Of a DNA stretch of 64,000 bases, positions 28,901 to 39,661 are shown piece by piece. The stretch lies in contig OY764216.1 of the NCBI GenBank assembly GCA_963668315.1, positions 2,880,001-2,944,000 on the forward strand. The letters run 5' to 3'. Each line of letters opens with the position of its first letter. Position 1 is the stretch's first letter. The notes below the pieces were generated by a model. The model made no database searches and was not told where the DNA came from. It saw only the letters and a program-made list of their open reading frames with translations. The DNA is from Spirochaetia bacterium. GTDB lineage: Bacteria > Spirochaetota > Spirochaetia > DSM-2461. The translations under genes and the position numbers were made by a program.

Positions 28901-30664
28901 GTGTCAACTGTAGATGTTAAGATAAACGGGCGCGACGTCAGTGTCAGTCCGGACAGCACCATCCTGGAAGCTGCCAAAAAACTGGGATGCAAGATTCCCA
29001 CTCTCTGCCACCATGAGGACCTTAAGCCTTCGGGCGCCTGCGGTCTCTGCGTGGTCAAGGTTAAGACGGACAGGGGTATCGGTCCCAAGCTGGTGAGAGC
29101 CTGCTGCACCAAGGTTGTCCCCGGTATGGATTATATCACCCATGATGCGGACCTTCAGGAGACCAGAAAGACGATTCTGGAGCTGATTCTGTCCAATCAT
29201 CCGGACGACTGTCTCTCCTGCGGAAGGAACCAGACCTGCGAACTGCAGCAGCTGGCTTCCGACTTTGCCATCCGGGAGACTCCCTTCCCGAAGAATCTGA
29301 AGGATTTCCCCCAGGACCACTCCACCGTGTCCCTGGTCTTCGATCCCAACAAGTGTATCAACTGCGGCCGCTGTGCCCAGGTTTGCCAGCAGCTGCAGGG
29401 TGTCTGGGCCCTTGAGTTCATCAACCGCGGAGAGGAAACCATTATCAAACCCGCCGGTGATATCATGCTCAACGAGAGCCCCTGTATCAAGTGCGGTCAG
29501 TGCTCGGCCCACTGTCCCGTCGGAGCCATCTATGAGAAAGATGAGACCATGGAGTTCATGTCCGCCATAAGGGACGAGAGCAAGCATGTCGCCGTTCAGA
29601 TCGCCCCCGCCGTGCGTGTCGCCATTGGTGAACCCTTCGGCCAGGAGCCCGGGGATATCTCCACCGGAAAGATCTACGCCGCCCTTCGCGCCCTGGGTGT
29701 GGACGCCGTGTTCGATACCAACTTCTCCGCCGACCTCACCATCATGGAAGAGGGAAGCGAATTGGTGGAAAGACTGACCAAGGGGGGAGATCTTCCCCAG
29801 CTTACCAGCTGTTGCCCCGCCTGGACGGACTACATGGAAAAATATGCCACCGATATGATTCCCCACTTCTCCACGGCCAAGTCGCCCATGATGATGCAGG
29901 GAGCCATTACCAAAACCTACTACGCCGAGAAGAAAAAGGTGGATCCCGCCAGCATCTTCAGTGTTGCCATCATGCCCTGTACGGCCAAGAAGTACGAGAT
30001 CAGCCGTGACGACAACATGCAGGCTTCCGGCTTTAATGACGTGGATCTGGTTCTTACCACCCGCGAGCTGGCCAGACTCATCAAACGGGCCGGCATCTGC
30101 TGGGATTGTCTTGATGAAGATACCAAGGCGGACAGCCCCATCGGTGCCTACGCCGGCGCGGGAACCATCTTCGGAGTTACCGGAGGCGTTATGGAAGCGG
30201 CCGTCAGAACCGCTCACAAGCTGGTCACCGGAAAGGAACTGGAGAAGGTGGAAGTGGAAGCGGTACGCGGACTGGACGGCATCAAGGTGGGCGAAGTCGA
30301 CCTGGGCGGCACCAAGGTAAAAGTTGCCGTTGCCCACGGTCTGGCCAACATTGAAACCGTTCTTAACGAGGTGCGCGAAGCCAAGGCCGCCGGCAAGGAA
30401 GCTCCCTACCACTTCATCGAGGTCATGGCCTGCCGGGGCGGCTGTATCGCCGGAGGCGGTCAGCCCTACGGCACCACCGATGAAGTAAGAGAAAAGAGAA
30501 TCGCCGGCCTGTACAGGGACGACGAGAAATCGGAAGTACGCTGTTCCCACCAGAACCCCGAGATACTTCAGATTTATGAAGAGTTCCTGGAAAAGCCCAT
30601 GAGCCACAAGTCCCATGAGCTGCTCCATACCAAGTATCAGGAGAGACCCGTTTATCACAGATAA
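28901..30664 (+). CDS. hydA: [FeFe]-hydrogenase catalytic subunit (HydA/HndD)
   Basis: H-cluster motifs TSCCPAW, MPCTAKKYE, EVMACRGGCIAGGGQP; N-terminal 2Fe-2S, His-ligated and 2x4Fe-4S sites. Confidence 0.97.
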   Translation: MSTVDVKINGRDVSVSPDSTILEAAKKLGCKIPTLCHHEDLKPSGACGLCVVKVKTDRGIGPKLVRACCTKVVPGMDYITHDADLQETRKTILELILSNHPDDCLSCGRNQTCELQQLASDFAIRETPFPKNLKDFPQDHSTVSLVFDPNKCINCGRCAQVCQQLQGVWALEFINRGEETIIKPAGDIMLNESPCIKCGQCSAHCPVGAIYEKDETMEFMSAIRDESKHVAVQIAPAVRVAIGEPFGQEPGDISTGKIYAALRALGVDAVFDTNFSADLTIMEEGSELVERLTKGGDLPQLTSCCPAWTDYMEKYATDMIPHFSTAKSPMMMQGAITKTYYAEKKKVDPASIFSVAIMPCTAKKYEISRDDNMQASGFNDVDLVLTTRELARLIKRAGICWDCLDEDTKADSPIGAYAGAGTIFGVTGGVMEAAVRTAHKLVTGKELEKVEVEAVRGLDGIKVGEVDLGGTKVKVAVAHGLANIETVLNEVREAKAAGKEAPYHFIEVMACRGGCIAGGGQPYGTTDEVREKRIAGLYRDDEKSEVRCSHQNPEILQIYEEFLEKPMSHKSHELLHTKYQERPVYHR

Positions 30665-30690
30665 TCCTGTCTGAAACGGAATTTATCCAG

Positions 30691-30725
30691 GCCGTCCGGG
30701 TCTTATCGTCCCGGGCGGCTTTTTC
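30691..30725 (+). terminator. Intrinsic terminator of the hydrogenase operon
   Basis: GCCGTCCGGG / CCCGGGCGGC stem followed by a T run. Confidence 0.75.
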
Positions 30726-30843
30726 ATTTCCGGAGAAGGGGAAAAAAGAATTTGCCTTTCGGTTGAAAAATGATTATATTCCCAATATAATAAAAAAGGA
30801 ATATAGGACGGGTGATTAGGTTTCCCGTAAAAAGGAGAGATAT

Positions 30844-31164
30844 ATGGCAAATGGTGTAATAAACGTAACATCGGAAAACTTTGATAAACTGATAGAGAAG
30901 GGAGTCGTCCTGGTGGATTTCTGGGCTCCCTGGTGCGGTCCCTGCCGGATGCAGGGTCCTATCGTTGAAAGGGTTGCCGAAACTCTGGGCGACAAGGCTG
31001 TCATATCGAAGATCAATGTAGACGAAGAGCAGGCTCCTGCTCAGAAGTTCAGCGTTACTTCCATACCTACTCTGATTGTTTTCAAGGACGGTCAGGTGGC
31101 AAAGCAGTTTGTCGGGGTTCAGAGTGAGGATGTACTGGTTTCTACCATCGAAGGCCTGCTCTAA
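30844..31164 (+). CDS. trxA: Thioredoxin
   Basis: DFWAPWCGPC, SIPTL. Confidence 0.96.
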   Translation: MANGVINVTSENFDKLIEKGVVLVDFWAPWCGPCRMQGPIVERVAETLGDKAVISKINVDEEQAPAQKFSVTSIPTLIVFKDGQVAKQFVGVQSEDVLVSTIEGLL

Positions 31165-31184
31165 TACCGCGTTAAGCGCTTGAG

Positions 31185-31220
31185 AAACCTTTCTCCTTTA
31201 AAGGGGGAAGGTTTTTTTTT
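31185..31220 (+). terminator. Intrinsic terminator after trxA
   Basis: AAACCTTTCTCC / GGGGGAAGGTTT stem plus T9. Confidence 0.75.
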
Positions 31221-31290
31221 GCCCGTCCCCTTAGTTCCGACCCATGAACATTACCTTGTCAAAATGCCGGCAAAGAGGTAAATTATAGGT

Positions 31291-31593
31291 ATGTCAGATT
31301 ATGAATATTCCAGCGGCGTGCTCGAAGAGGAAGAACTGAAAGAGCCTTCCATGTATCGGGTCGTCCTGCTTAATGATGATTATACGCCCCAGGATTTTGT
31401 TGTGGAAATTCTGAGCGGCATTTTCCATAAGCCCCCCCTTGAGGCCACCCAGATTATGCTGGATGTGCATAAGAAAGGGAAGGGGATTGTGGGGGTCTAT
31501 ACCTACGACATAGGTTCCACCAAAGTCCAGCAGGTATCGAAATTGGCCAGGGAAAGGGGATATCCTCTTAAATCCATACTGGAGAAGGTTTAA
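31291..31593 (+). CDS. clpS: Clp protease adaptor ClpS
   Basis: YRVVLLNDDYTP, MLDVHKKG, GYPL. Confidence 0.96.
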   Translation: MSDYEYSSGVLEEEELKEPSMYRVVLLNDDYTPQDFVVEILSGIFHKPPLEATQIMLDVHKKGKGIVGVYTYDIGSTKVQQVSKLARERGYPLKSILEKV

Positions 31594-33992
31594 TGATTGA
31601 ACTGAATGAAGAAGTACAGGCCATTTTAAATAAAGCCTTTCTTTTTGCCAAAGAAAAGAAACATGAGTATTTCACACCCGAACATCTGCTCTACAGCTCC
31701 CTGGAATTTGAAACGCCCCAGGAGATATTCGTCCAGTGCGATGTGGACGTCAGAGAGCTGGAGAAGAATCTTCTGGCCTATATGGATAAGCATCTTCCCC
31801 TGATCGACGACGGTTCCGAACCCATGCAGACCGCCGGTCTCATGGATGTCCTGGAACGGATGGTGACCCATATCGCCGCGTCCGGCCGGGAGATAGTCTA
31901 TCCCGCCGACATGATTGTCGCCCTGTACGATGAAGCCGAATCCTACGGCGCCTACTATCTGAAAAAAGCCGGTCTGGGCAGGCTTGATCTTCTTAATGTC
32001 GTGTCCCACGGGCTGGACGAAGAGGAGGAACCCGACGACTTTGAGGATGAGGGGCTGGACGACGGCGAAGATTATGCCGATACCATCTTTGACGATGAAG
32101 AACTGGGCGAAAGAATCGGCCGGGCGAAAAAGAAGAAGAAAACCGCCCTCAGCCGTTTTACCGTTGATCTGACCGCCATGGCGGAGGAGGGTAAGCTGGA
32201 ACCCCTCATCGGGCGGCGTGAAATACTGGAAAGGACGATTCAGGTCCTCTGCCGCCGTCTGAAGAATAATCCCCTCCATGTGGGAGAGCCGGGTGTTGGT
32301 AAAACGGCTATCTCCGAGGGGCTGGCCCAGCGCATCATCGAAGGAAGCGTGCCGGAGCAGCTCAGGGATTACCGTATTTACTCTCTTGATATGGGATCTC
32401 TCCTGGCGGGAACCAAATACCGGGGCGACTTCGAAGAGCGGATGAAGCTTGTCATGGCCGAGCTGGCCGAAGAGGAGCGGGCGATTCTGTTTATCGATGA
32501 GATACATACCATCGTGGGAGCCGGTTCCGTCTCGGGCGGTTCCATGGATGCTTCCAATCTGCTGAAGCCGGCTCTTGTGCGCGGCTCGCTCAAGTGTATC
32601 GGTTCCACCACCTACGGGGAGTACAAAAAGTACTTCGAAAAGGACCACGCCCTGGCGAGGCGTTTTCAGAAAATCGATGTCCCCGAACCGAGCCACGAAG
32701 AGACTCTGGAGATTCTCAAAGGGCTTAAGTCGGCCTTTGAGGAGCATCACCACGTGACCTATACCGATGAGGCTCTCGAAGGGGCAGTCAGGCTTTCCGC
32801 CATTCATATACAGGAAAGGTTTCTGCCCGATAAGGCTATCGACCTGATTGACGAAGCCGGCTCATGGAAAGTGCTTTATGGAGATCCCTCCCGCGGGAAG
32901 GAGACGGGTAAGAGTGAGGAAGAGAAGGATTACGGGGGAGACCTTTTTTCCGAGGATGATCTCCCCGAAAGCCCTCCCTCTTCCGATGAAAGCCGTATCG
33001 TCACACTGGAGGATGTGGAGAAGGTGGTGGCCCGCATCGCCCGTATTCCCGAGAAAAGCGTATCCTCCGATGAAAGGGGACAGCTCCAGGATCTCAAAGA
33101 CAGAATCTGTGCGAACATATTCGGCCAGGACAATGCGGTGGACAGCGTGGTCAAGGCCATCAAGCGCTCCCGGGCGGGCTTCGGGAAGCAGGAGAAGCCC
33201 GTGGCGTCCTTTCTTTTCGTCGGGCCTACCGGTGTGGGCAAGACGGAGCTGGCCCGCCAGCTGGCCGATGAGCTGGGCATCACCCTTCTGCGCTTTGATA
33301 TGAGCGAATACCAGGAGAAACATACCGTCTCCCGACTGATCGGATCGCCTCCGGGATATGTGGGATTCGAAGAGGGCGGTCTTCTCACCGAAGGGGTGAG
33401 GAAGCATCCCCATGCGGTTCTTCTTCTCGATGAGATAGAGAAAGCCCATCAGGATATCTATAATATACTGCTTCAGATCATGGATTACGCCACGGCAACG
33501 GATAATCAGGGCAGGAAGGCGGACTTCCGTCATATTATCCTCATCATGACTTCCAACGCAGGGGCGAGGAACATCGGGAAGCCTTCCATCGGTTTTACCG
33601 GCAGTACGGCTGACTGGGGGGTGGTCGACGAAGCGGTGGAAAAGACTTTCTCCCCCGAGTTCCGCAACCGGCTGGACCGTATTGTCCCCTTCGCCCACCT
33701 TCCCCAGGACGTGGTGGAAGATATTGTCCGCAAGGAGATCAAGGCCTTCCGCTCCGTTCTGGAAGAGAAAAACGTCATGCTTCAGATCACCAAGCAGGCC
33801 GTCACCTTCCTGGCTAAAAGCGGCTACTCCCCCGAGTTCGGTGCCCGGAATGTGTCCCGGATCATCGATGAGAAAATCAAGGAGTTCTTCGTCGATGCCG
33901 TACTCTTCGGGGATCTTTCCAGGGGAGGAACGGCCCGTGTCTCCGTTCAGGAGGACGATATCCGCATCGATATCGTGGAAACCGGTGAGTGA
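31593..33992 (+). CDS. clpA: ATP-dependent Clp protease ATPase ClpA
   Basis: Two AAA+ modules ([16 protein letters not shown]), [14 protein letters not shown]; coupled to clpS. Confidence 0.95.
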   Translation: MIELNEEVQAILNKAFLFAKEKKHEYFTPEHLLYSSLEFETPQEIFVQCDVDVRELEKNLLAYMDKHLPLIDDGSEPMQTAGLMDVLERMVTHIAASGREIVYPADMIVALYDEAESYGAYYLKKAGLGRLDLLNVVSHGLDEEEEPDDFEDEGLDDGEDYADTIFDDEELGERIGRAKKKKKTALSRFTVDLTAMAEEGKLEPLIGRREILERTIQVLCRRLKNNPLHVGEPGVGKTAISEGLAQRIIEGSVPEQLRDYRIYSLDMGSLLAGTKYRGDFEERMKLVMAELAEEERAILFIDEIHTIVGAGSVSGGSMDASNLLKPALVRGSLKCIGSTTYGEYKKYFEKDHALARRFQKIDVPEPSHEETLEILKGLKSAFEEHHHVTYTDEALEGAVRLSAIHIQERFLPDKAIDLIDEAGSWKVLYGDPSRGKETGKSEEEKDYGGDLFSEDDLPESPPSSDESRIVTLEDVEKVVARIARIPEKSVSSDERGQLQDLKDRICANIFGQDNAVDSVVKAIKRSRAGFGKQEKPVASFLFVGPTGVGKTELARQLADELGITLLRFDMSEYQEKHTVSRLIGSPPGYVGFEEGGLLTEGVRKHPHAVLLLDEIEKAHQDIYNILLQIMDYATATDNQGRKADFRHIILIMTSNAGARNIGKPSIGFTGSTADWGVVDEAVEKTFSPEFRNRLDRIVPFAHLPQDVVEDIVRKEIKAFRSVLEEKNVMLQITKQAVTFLAKSGYSPEFGARNVSRIIDEKIKEFFVDAVLFGDLSRGGTARVSVQEDDIRIDIVETGE

Positions 33993-34710
33993 GGGGGACT
34001 TCCCCTGGCTCGATACGGAGGACCGGGTGGAATTTCCCGATCCCGAGACGGCTGACAGGGACGGACTTGTCGGTGTAGGGGGCAATCTCTCTCCCGGCAT
34101 GCTGTTAAGCGCCTACTCCCAGGGCATCTTTCCCTGGTTCAATGAGGGTGAGCCGGTTCTGTGGTGGAGCCTGGACCCCCGTTTCGTCCTCTACCCCCGT
34201 AATATCCGCATATCCCGTTCCATGAAGAAGTTCATGAAAAAAGGGGAATACACCCTTAGCCTGGACAGGGATTTTCCCGGGGTTATACGGAATTGCAAGG
34301 AGATCCGCCGGAAGGGGCAGGGGGGCACCTGGATTACCGATGATATGGAAGCCGCCTATGTACGGCTTCATAGGGACGGATATGCCCATTCCGTGGAAGT
34401 GTGGCGGGATGATGAGCTGAAAGGCGGCCTGTACGGGATTTCCCTGGGCGCGGCTTTTTTCGGCGAGTCCATGTTTGCCCTGGAGCCCAATTGCTCAAAG
34501 CTGGCCCTCATTTATCTGGCCCGCATACTCAGGGAGCTGGATTTTGATATGATCGACTGCCAGCAGCATACGGAGCATCTGGGGTCTCTGGGGGCGGAGG
34601 ATCTTCCCCGCAAACGTTTTCTCAGAGAGCTGGACCGGTCATTGAACAAGCAGAAGACCTGGAAGGGCAACTGGGGAAAGTACACCCACCTGATCAAGGC
34701 GGCTCAATGA
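33985..34710 (+). CDS. aat: Leucyl/phenylalanyl-tRNA-protein transferase
   Basis: GGNLSP, AYSQGIFPW, WWS, GTWI, AHSVEVW, FFGESMF, IDCQ; GTG start overlapping the clpA stop. Confidence 0.95.
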   Translation: MSEGDFPWLDTEDRVEFPDPETADRDGLVGVGGNLSPGMLLSAYSQGIFPWFNEGEPVLWWSLDPRFVLYPRNIRISRSMKKFMKKGEYTLSLDRDFPGVIRNCKEIRRKGQGGTWITDDMEAAYVRLHRDGYAHSVEVWRDDELKGGLYGISLGAAFFGESMFALEPNCSKLALIYLARILRELDFDMIDCQQHTEHLGSLGAEDLPRKRFLRELDRSLNKQKTWKGNWGKYTHLIKAAQ

Positions 34711-35699
34711 GGCACGCCGCGGCGGTACTCCTTTTTCTCCTCGCCTCTCTCCTTTGTGCCCAGGTTTCCGATATACCGGCCGCCCAGGCTTTTGCGGAGG
34801 AAGGACTGGCTCTTATAGAGGCGGAGCGCTACGGGGACGCCCTCCAGAAATTCCTTCTCGCCCGCGATCTGGACGGGGAGAATGAGCGGATAGAAGGGTA
34901 TATCACGTCTCTGAACCGTCTTATCACCCTTGAGAATTACCAGTCCGATTCGGAAAGCATTGACCGCTTCATCGAGGAACGGGAGAAAACCCGCGATGAG
35001 AAGAAAGAGGAATCTGAGCCTGTCGAAGGGGAAGTCGATTTTATCACCCAGGAACAGAATAAGGAAAAAGCGCGCCTAGATCGGGTGGTGGGGCTGATTA
35101 CTCTCCGCTTTCCCTTTCTGAATTCATCCAACGGCGACCCCCGGGTGGATAACGATCTGAGGCAGACGGGAGAGGTCTTCCAGGGGTTCTCCTACAGTCT
35201 CTCCTATTTCCCCGATATTTTTAACAGGACCATGGGGGTGGAAGGGGGATACGGCAGTTTTTCCATGGAAGTGAATGATGAGCTCAACCTCTATGATGAA
35301 GCCTACTGCGGTTTTGTCCTGCGCAATTATTTCAATGAGCAGCCCGGTTCCTACTCCCTTATCGGAACCCATTTCAATGTGGGTTTTTTCTTTCAGGAGA
35401 ATGTTGATGCCGAAGAGCGTCGGCTGCTTAATTTCTTCCGTTCCGAAGTTTTTCTCCACGATCCGCTTTTCTACCGATTCTTCAAATCCCCGGTTTTGAA
35501 GAACATTTCCGTGGACGGAACGTTCCAGATTACCTTTTTTGATGAGACCTATTTGCTCGCTTACGGAGGAGGCGGTACGGTGAAACTCGGAAGCCGTCTG
35601 GATCTGACGGCCAAATTCCTTTACCGAAACCTGATGGTTGACAATACCCCCTATCCCTCATGGACGACATTTATGGGGATAGACTACTCCTTCCGGTAG
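34707..35699 (+). CDS. Exported hypothetical protein (TPR-like N-terminus, beta-rich C-terminus)
   Basis: Signal peptide; ATGA overlap with aat; ends GIDYSFR. Confidence 0.65.
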   Translation: MRHAAAVLLFLLASLLCAQVSDIPAAQAFAEEGLALIEAERYGDALQKFLLARDLDGENERIEGYITSLNRLITLENYQSDSESIDRFIEEREKTRDEKKEESEPVEGEVDFITQEQNKEKARLDRVVGLITLRFPFLNSSNGDPRVDNDLRQTGEVFQGFSYSLSYFPDIFNRTMGVEGGYGSFSMEVNDELNLYDEAYCGFVLRNYFNEQPGSYSLIGTHFNVGFFFQENVDAEERRLLNFFRSEVFLHDPLFYRFFKSPVLKNISVDGTFQITFFDETYLLAYGGGGTVKLGSRLDLTAKFLYRNLMVDNTPYPSWTTFMGIDYSFR

Positions 35700-36871
35700 A
35701 TATTGGAATTGAGAAATTCGGTCCAGAGCTCTTTGGCACGGCTTTCGGAGAGACAGCACTCTATGCTCTCTTCATCAAGGGCGGCTTTGAGCAGTTCTTC
35801 AAATGTCACATCGTTTGGTTCCGAAGCGGGGACGAATCCTTTCTGATCTGTTTTAATAATAAGAACGTAACGGATGAGCCTGTCCAGCAGTACGAGCAGT
35901 TCCATTTCGGGAAGGCCCGTGAAGGCCGCCAGATCCTCAAGCTGGGGCGGTTTCCTTTTCTCCTTGAATTCCCGGACCACCTCCATGTAAACCTCCATGG
36001 CCATGACGGTCTGCAGTGACGGGGCATATCTGTTCTCTTCGAAATAGAGAAGGTATTTCGGGTGCTGGTGGAGATAGGCAATCTCCAGGGAGGATAATAT
36101 GATTATCCATGCCAGGTTGATCCAGATGAACAGGAGGGGAATCAGAAAGAGCGAGCCGTAGATAACCGAATTTCTTATGGAATAGGTCGCCCAGAGGGAA
36201 AATCCTTTCTTTGCCAGCTCCCAGACGACAGCCCCTGTAAAGGCGCCGGTAAGGGCGCTTTTCCATTTCATCCGTGCCGATGATACGAACATCATGAGAA
36301 GGAGTATGGTCACTCCAATAAGGACGATGGAGCCAAGCGATGAGAGAACCATCCTGAAGGTGGTGAACTCTTCGGGCAGTTTCAGTGTCATGATCTCTAT
36401 TAAGTCATTGGTCAGGGAGAAGCTGCTTCCTATGGTAAGGGTTCCGACAATTAACGTTACTATGTAGATGGCCAGACGGGTGAGCAGACTCTTGTTCGGC
36501 CGGGCCCTGAGAAGGGCATTCACATCGATCTCGATCTTGTTGATGAGAAGAAAAACCACCACAATGGTAATGGCCAGACCCCATGACCCCAGTTTGCGGC
36601 TGTTTTCCGCAAAGGATGTGAGCTGGTCAAAAATATATTCCTGGCTGGTCGGCAGGATCGTCATGGTGATATAGTCTTTGATGGGCCCTTCCACCAGCTC
36701 CCGGGAACCGAAGGAGATCAGCATGGCCATGAGAGGCACCATGGCAAGAATTGTCGTATAGGCCAGTGAAGACGCTTTCGCCGGTATCCTGTCGCTGATG
36801 ATCAGTTTCAGGAGAGTTTTCAGGTAGTCGAGAGGAGTAATTTTCTCCTTCGGGTACAGGATGCTCATCAT
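35684..36871 (-). CDS. YihY/BrkB-family membrane protein with a C-terminal winged-helix-like extension
   Basis: ASSLAYTTILAMVP, WELAK, IYGSL..IPL..IWI.L.W. Confidence 0.88.
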   Translation of the reverse strand: MMSILYPKEKITPLDYLKTLLKLIISDRIPAKASSLAYTTILAMVPLMAMLISFGSRELVEGPIKDYITMTILPTSQEYIFDQLTSFAENSRKLGSWGLAITIVVVFLLINKIEIDVNALLRARPNKSLLTRLAIYIVTLIVGTLTIGSSFSLTNDLIEIMTLKLPEEFTTFRMVLSSLGSIVLIGVTILLLMMFVSSARMKWKSALTGAFTGAVVWELAKKGFSLWATYSIRNSVIYGSLFLIPLLFIWINLAWIIILSSLEIAYLHQHPKYLLYFEENRYAPSLQTVMAMEVYMEVVREFKEKRKPPQLEDLAAFTGLPEMELLVLLDRLIRYVLIIKTDQKGFVPASEPNDVTFEELLKAALDEESIECCLSESRAKELWTEFLNSNIYRKE

Positions 36872-36908
36872 TCAATCATAGCCGATGGCATCCTGATTGG
36901 CAACAGCT

Positions 36909-38561
36909 TTATTCCCGGTCCAATCCGTTCATGATGAGAAACGCCGCCAGGGAGATCAGAATAAGAAGGGTTCCCATGGCGCAGGCTCCCGGATAGTTGT
37001 AACTGCCTATGAGCCGGTAAACGGCAATGGGAATGGTTATACGGTTGGGGGGGGCCAGAATAAGGACGGCATTGATCTCACCCATGGAGAGGGCGAAGGC
37101 GAAGATCGCCCCCGAAACCAGGGACCTGGCCAACAGGGGAAGCTCGATGTACAGGAGGGTCTGCCACTCTCCGGCTCCCTGGATAAGGGCCGATTCCCTG
37201 AGGCTCCTGTCCATCTGTCCCAGGGCGGTGGCTATACTTCGGTAGACGAAGGGCAGAGCGATGAACGTATGGGCCATAATGACGGACAGATCGGACAGGA
37301 AGGGACCGGTTCGCAGGCGGGAGGAGATCAGAAGATAGCCCAGGGCGGTGACGATGGAGGAGATCCCCATGGGAAGGAGAAGGAGCAGCTCGGTAAGACC
37401 GGGAAGGATCATTTTCTTCCTGTGAGAGAGAAAAGCGGCTCCCGTTCCCGTCATCAGGGTGAGGCATGTCGTCCATCCCCCGTAAAAAAGGCTGTTTTTC
37501 AGCGCCCGGAACGTGACTTCCGCTCCCGTTCTGCCCGTGGGGGAGAAGAGCCGCCTGTACCAGAAAAGGGATAACTGCGGTTCCGCCGTACGGGAAGGGG
37601 TGTACTGGAAGGAACGGGCTATCAGGGAGAGCATGGGACCGCCGAAGAACAGTGCCGAGAGAAGGAGATAGAGAAGAAGGAGAGGCAGGGCTCTGCGTCC
37701 GATTTTCCGGGGACGCAGGGTTTCTTCCGAGGAAAGGTCCTCCTCCTGACTGCTCTTTTTCAGATAAAAGAAAATGGCCAGGAGACAGATCAGGGTCTCT
37801 CCCGCCGCCAGGGCGCTACCCAGGGGGAAATCCAGGTTGAATTTTATCTGCCGGTAGATTTCCACTTCGAGCGTGCTGTACCGGGGGCCTCCCCCCAGGA
37901 CCAGTATGATGGCGAAACTGAGGAAGCAGTAAAGAAAGATGATCAGCAGAGAGGATGCGGCGGAGGGGGCAAGGCGGGGCAGGGTCACATGGCGGAACGT
38001 CTGGAACCGGGATGCTCCCAGGGTAGAGGCCGCTTCGTAATGGCTGCGGGGAAGGGATGACCACTGGGTGTAGAGATAGCGGAGCGCCAGGGGAACATTA
38101 TAGAAAACATGGGCAAGGATGATGGCCTTGAAGGAGTAGAGGAGAGAGAGGGGCGGTTCCTCCCAGTGAAGAAGGGACATGAGGAAGCCGTTGACCGTTC
38201 CCCTGTTCCCCCAGAAAATGACAAAGCCCAGAACCACGAGGATGGGAGGGAGTATAAAGGAGAGGGTGGTCAATGAGAGGAGAGCCTTCTTTCCGGTGAA
38301 ATCGTAATGGACGAACAGGGCGGCGCAGGGAAATGCCACCGCCAGAGACAGAAGGGCGCTCAGAAGGGCCTGGCCCAGGGTGACGAGCGCCAGCCTGCCG
38401 TAGTAGGGGTCTGTCAGAATCTGTGCGAAATTGCCCCAGCCCGGCCGGCCGTCCCGGAAGAACGCCTGAATGAGGATCATCAGGACCGGCAGGTAGAACA
38501 GGGCAAGCCAGCCGAGGAGGGCTGACCCGGGAATCTTCCGGACAAGGCGGGGCAGAATCAT
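36909..38561 (-). CDS. thiP: Thiamine ABC transporter permease
   Basis: Duplicated EAA loops, AHVFYNVP, LGGGP..TLEVEIY; downstream of thiB. Confidence 0.88.
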   Translation of the reverse strand: MILPRLVRKIPGSALLGWLALFYLPVLMILIQAFFRDGRPGWGNFAQILTDPYYGRLALVTLGQALLSALLSLAVAFPCAALFVHYDFTGKKALLSLTTLSFILPPILVVLGFVIFWGNRGTVNGFLMSLLHWEEPPLSLLYSFKAIILAHVFYNVPLALRYLYTQWSSLPRSHYEAASTLGASRFQTFRHVTLPRLAPSAASSLLIIFLYCFLSFAIILVLGGGPRYSTLEVEIYRQIKFNLDFPLGSALAAGETLICLLAIFFYLKKSSQEEDLSSEETLRPRKIGRRALPLLLLYLLLSALFFGGPMLSLIARSFQYTPSRTAEPQLSLFWYRRLFSPTGRTGAEVTFRALKNSLFYGGWTTCLTLMTGTGAAFLSHRKKMILPGLTELLLLLPMGISSIVTALGYLLISSRLRTGPFLSDLSVIMAHTFIALPFVYRSIATALGQMDRSLRESALIQGAGEWQTLLYIELPLLARSLVSGAIFAFALSMGEINAVLILAPPNRITIPIAVYRLIGSYNYPGACAMGTLLILISLAAFLIMNGLDRE

Positions 38562-38562
38562 A

Positions 38563-39600
38563 TCAGCGGGAAACGGTCTCCACCCACTCTCTGATCCATC
38601 TTTCCGAATTGGCTTCGATAAGTTCGTCGGAGAGCATGAGGGGTTTATCCGATTTCAGGGCGTAATCATAGGAAGGGGGGAGAGGGGTGGAAGAGACCAC
38701 GGGGAACATGGTGTTGGACATGGCCAGGGTATTCTGCGACTCTTCGGTGAGCATAAAATCGATGAACTTTTCCGCAGCCTCCCTGTTGGCCGTGCCCTTG
38801 AGGATGCCCATTCCCTCGATCTGGATATAGTTCCCCTCTTCGAACATCAACGCCTGGTATCTTGTTGTGTCCTCCCACTGAACATGGTAGGCCGGCGAGG
38901 TGCTGTAACTGAGAACGAGGGGAGCCTCCCCTGCCGTGAAAAGACCGTAGCCCGTGCTCCAGCTGTCGCTGATCGTGAGGATATTGGGAGCCAGCTGTTC
39001 CCAGTAGCTTTTCCAGCCGTCTTCACCGAAGGCGTCTATCGTCCAGAGAAGGAAACCCATGCCCGGCGTGGAGGTGCGCGGGTCCATGAGGACAACGCTG
39101 TCCTTGAAGCGGGGATCGGTCAGTTCGGTCAGGGAGCGGGGAGGATCGGTCAGGGTTTCCGTATCATAGCAGAGGGCGAAGAACCCCCAGTCGAAGGGGA
39201 CGAGGTGGAAGGATTTGTCGTAAATCAGATTCTCCGCCACTCCGGAAATCCCCTCCGGCTTATAGGGAGAGAGGATATCCTCAGAGAGAGCTCTGGTCAG
39301 GAGGTTGTTGTCCAGGCCGATAATGACGTCCCCCCGGGGAGCCGCCTTCTCCATGATGGCCTTAGTCATCACGGTAACCGCGTCACCGGGCGCTTCGAGG
39401 TTCACTTTGATTCCGTACTCTTTTTCAAAATTTTCCGCAATAATAGGGCCGGGGCCCCAGTCGGAGGCGAAGGAGTCGTAGCAATAAACGGTCAATTGTG
39501 CCGGTTGCTGACTCTGGGTGGATGATTCTTCACTTTTCGCCATGGAAAAAAGGGAGAATCCCGAAAGGATACAGAAAAAATAAAGACATAACTTTTTCAT
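38563..39600 (-). CDS. thiB: Thiamine ABC transporter binding protein
   Basis: YDSFASDWGPG, GLDN, DPRTSTPG, SYSTSPAYH, QIEG; TPP riboswitch upstream. Confidence 0.93.
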   Translation of the reverse strand: MKKLCLYFFCILSGFSLFSMAKSEESSTQSQQPAQLTVYCYDSFASDWGPGPIIAENFEKEYGIKVNLEAPGDAVTVMTKAIMEKAAPRGDVIIGLDNNLLTRALSEDILSPYKPEGISGVAENLIYDKSFHLVPFDWGFFALCYDTETLTDPPRSLTELTDPRFKDSVVLMDPRTSTPGMGFLLWTIDAFGEDGWKSYWEQLAPNILTISDSWSTGYGLFTAGEAPLVLSYSTSPAYHVQWEDTTRYQALMFEEGNYIQIEGMGILKGTANREAAEKFIDFMLTEESQNTLAMSNTMFPVVSSTPLPPSYDYALKSDKPLMLSDELIEANSERWIREWVETVSR

Positions 39601-39661
39601 AAGAAAAGCTCCTTTGATAAGGAAAATATGTCCCCGATGTGATGATAATAGAAAGGATGGG

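Noticed and set aside
27015..30658. Long antisense ORFs (598 and 584 aa) opposite hydB and hydA; similar ones opposite dinG, clpA, valS, feoB and pyrF-pyrE
   Set aside because: They mirror well-supported genes, carry no recognisable motifs, and are expected from codon bias in GC-rich genes
33682..33984. N-terminal extensions in the ORF track (aat, thiB, proA, MFS, hydrolase, regulator)
   Set aside because: They overlap upstream genes, promoters or the riboswitch; downstream starts fit the family N-termini better
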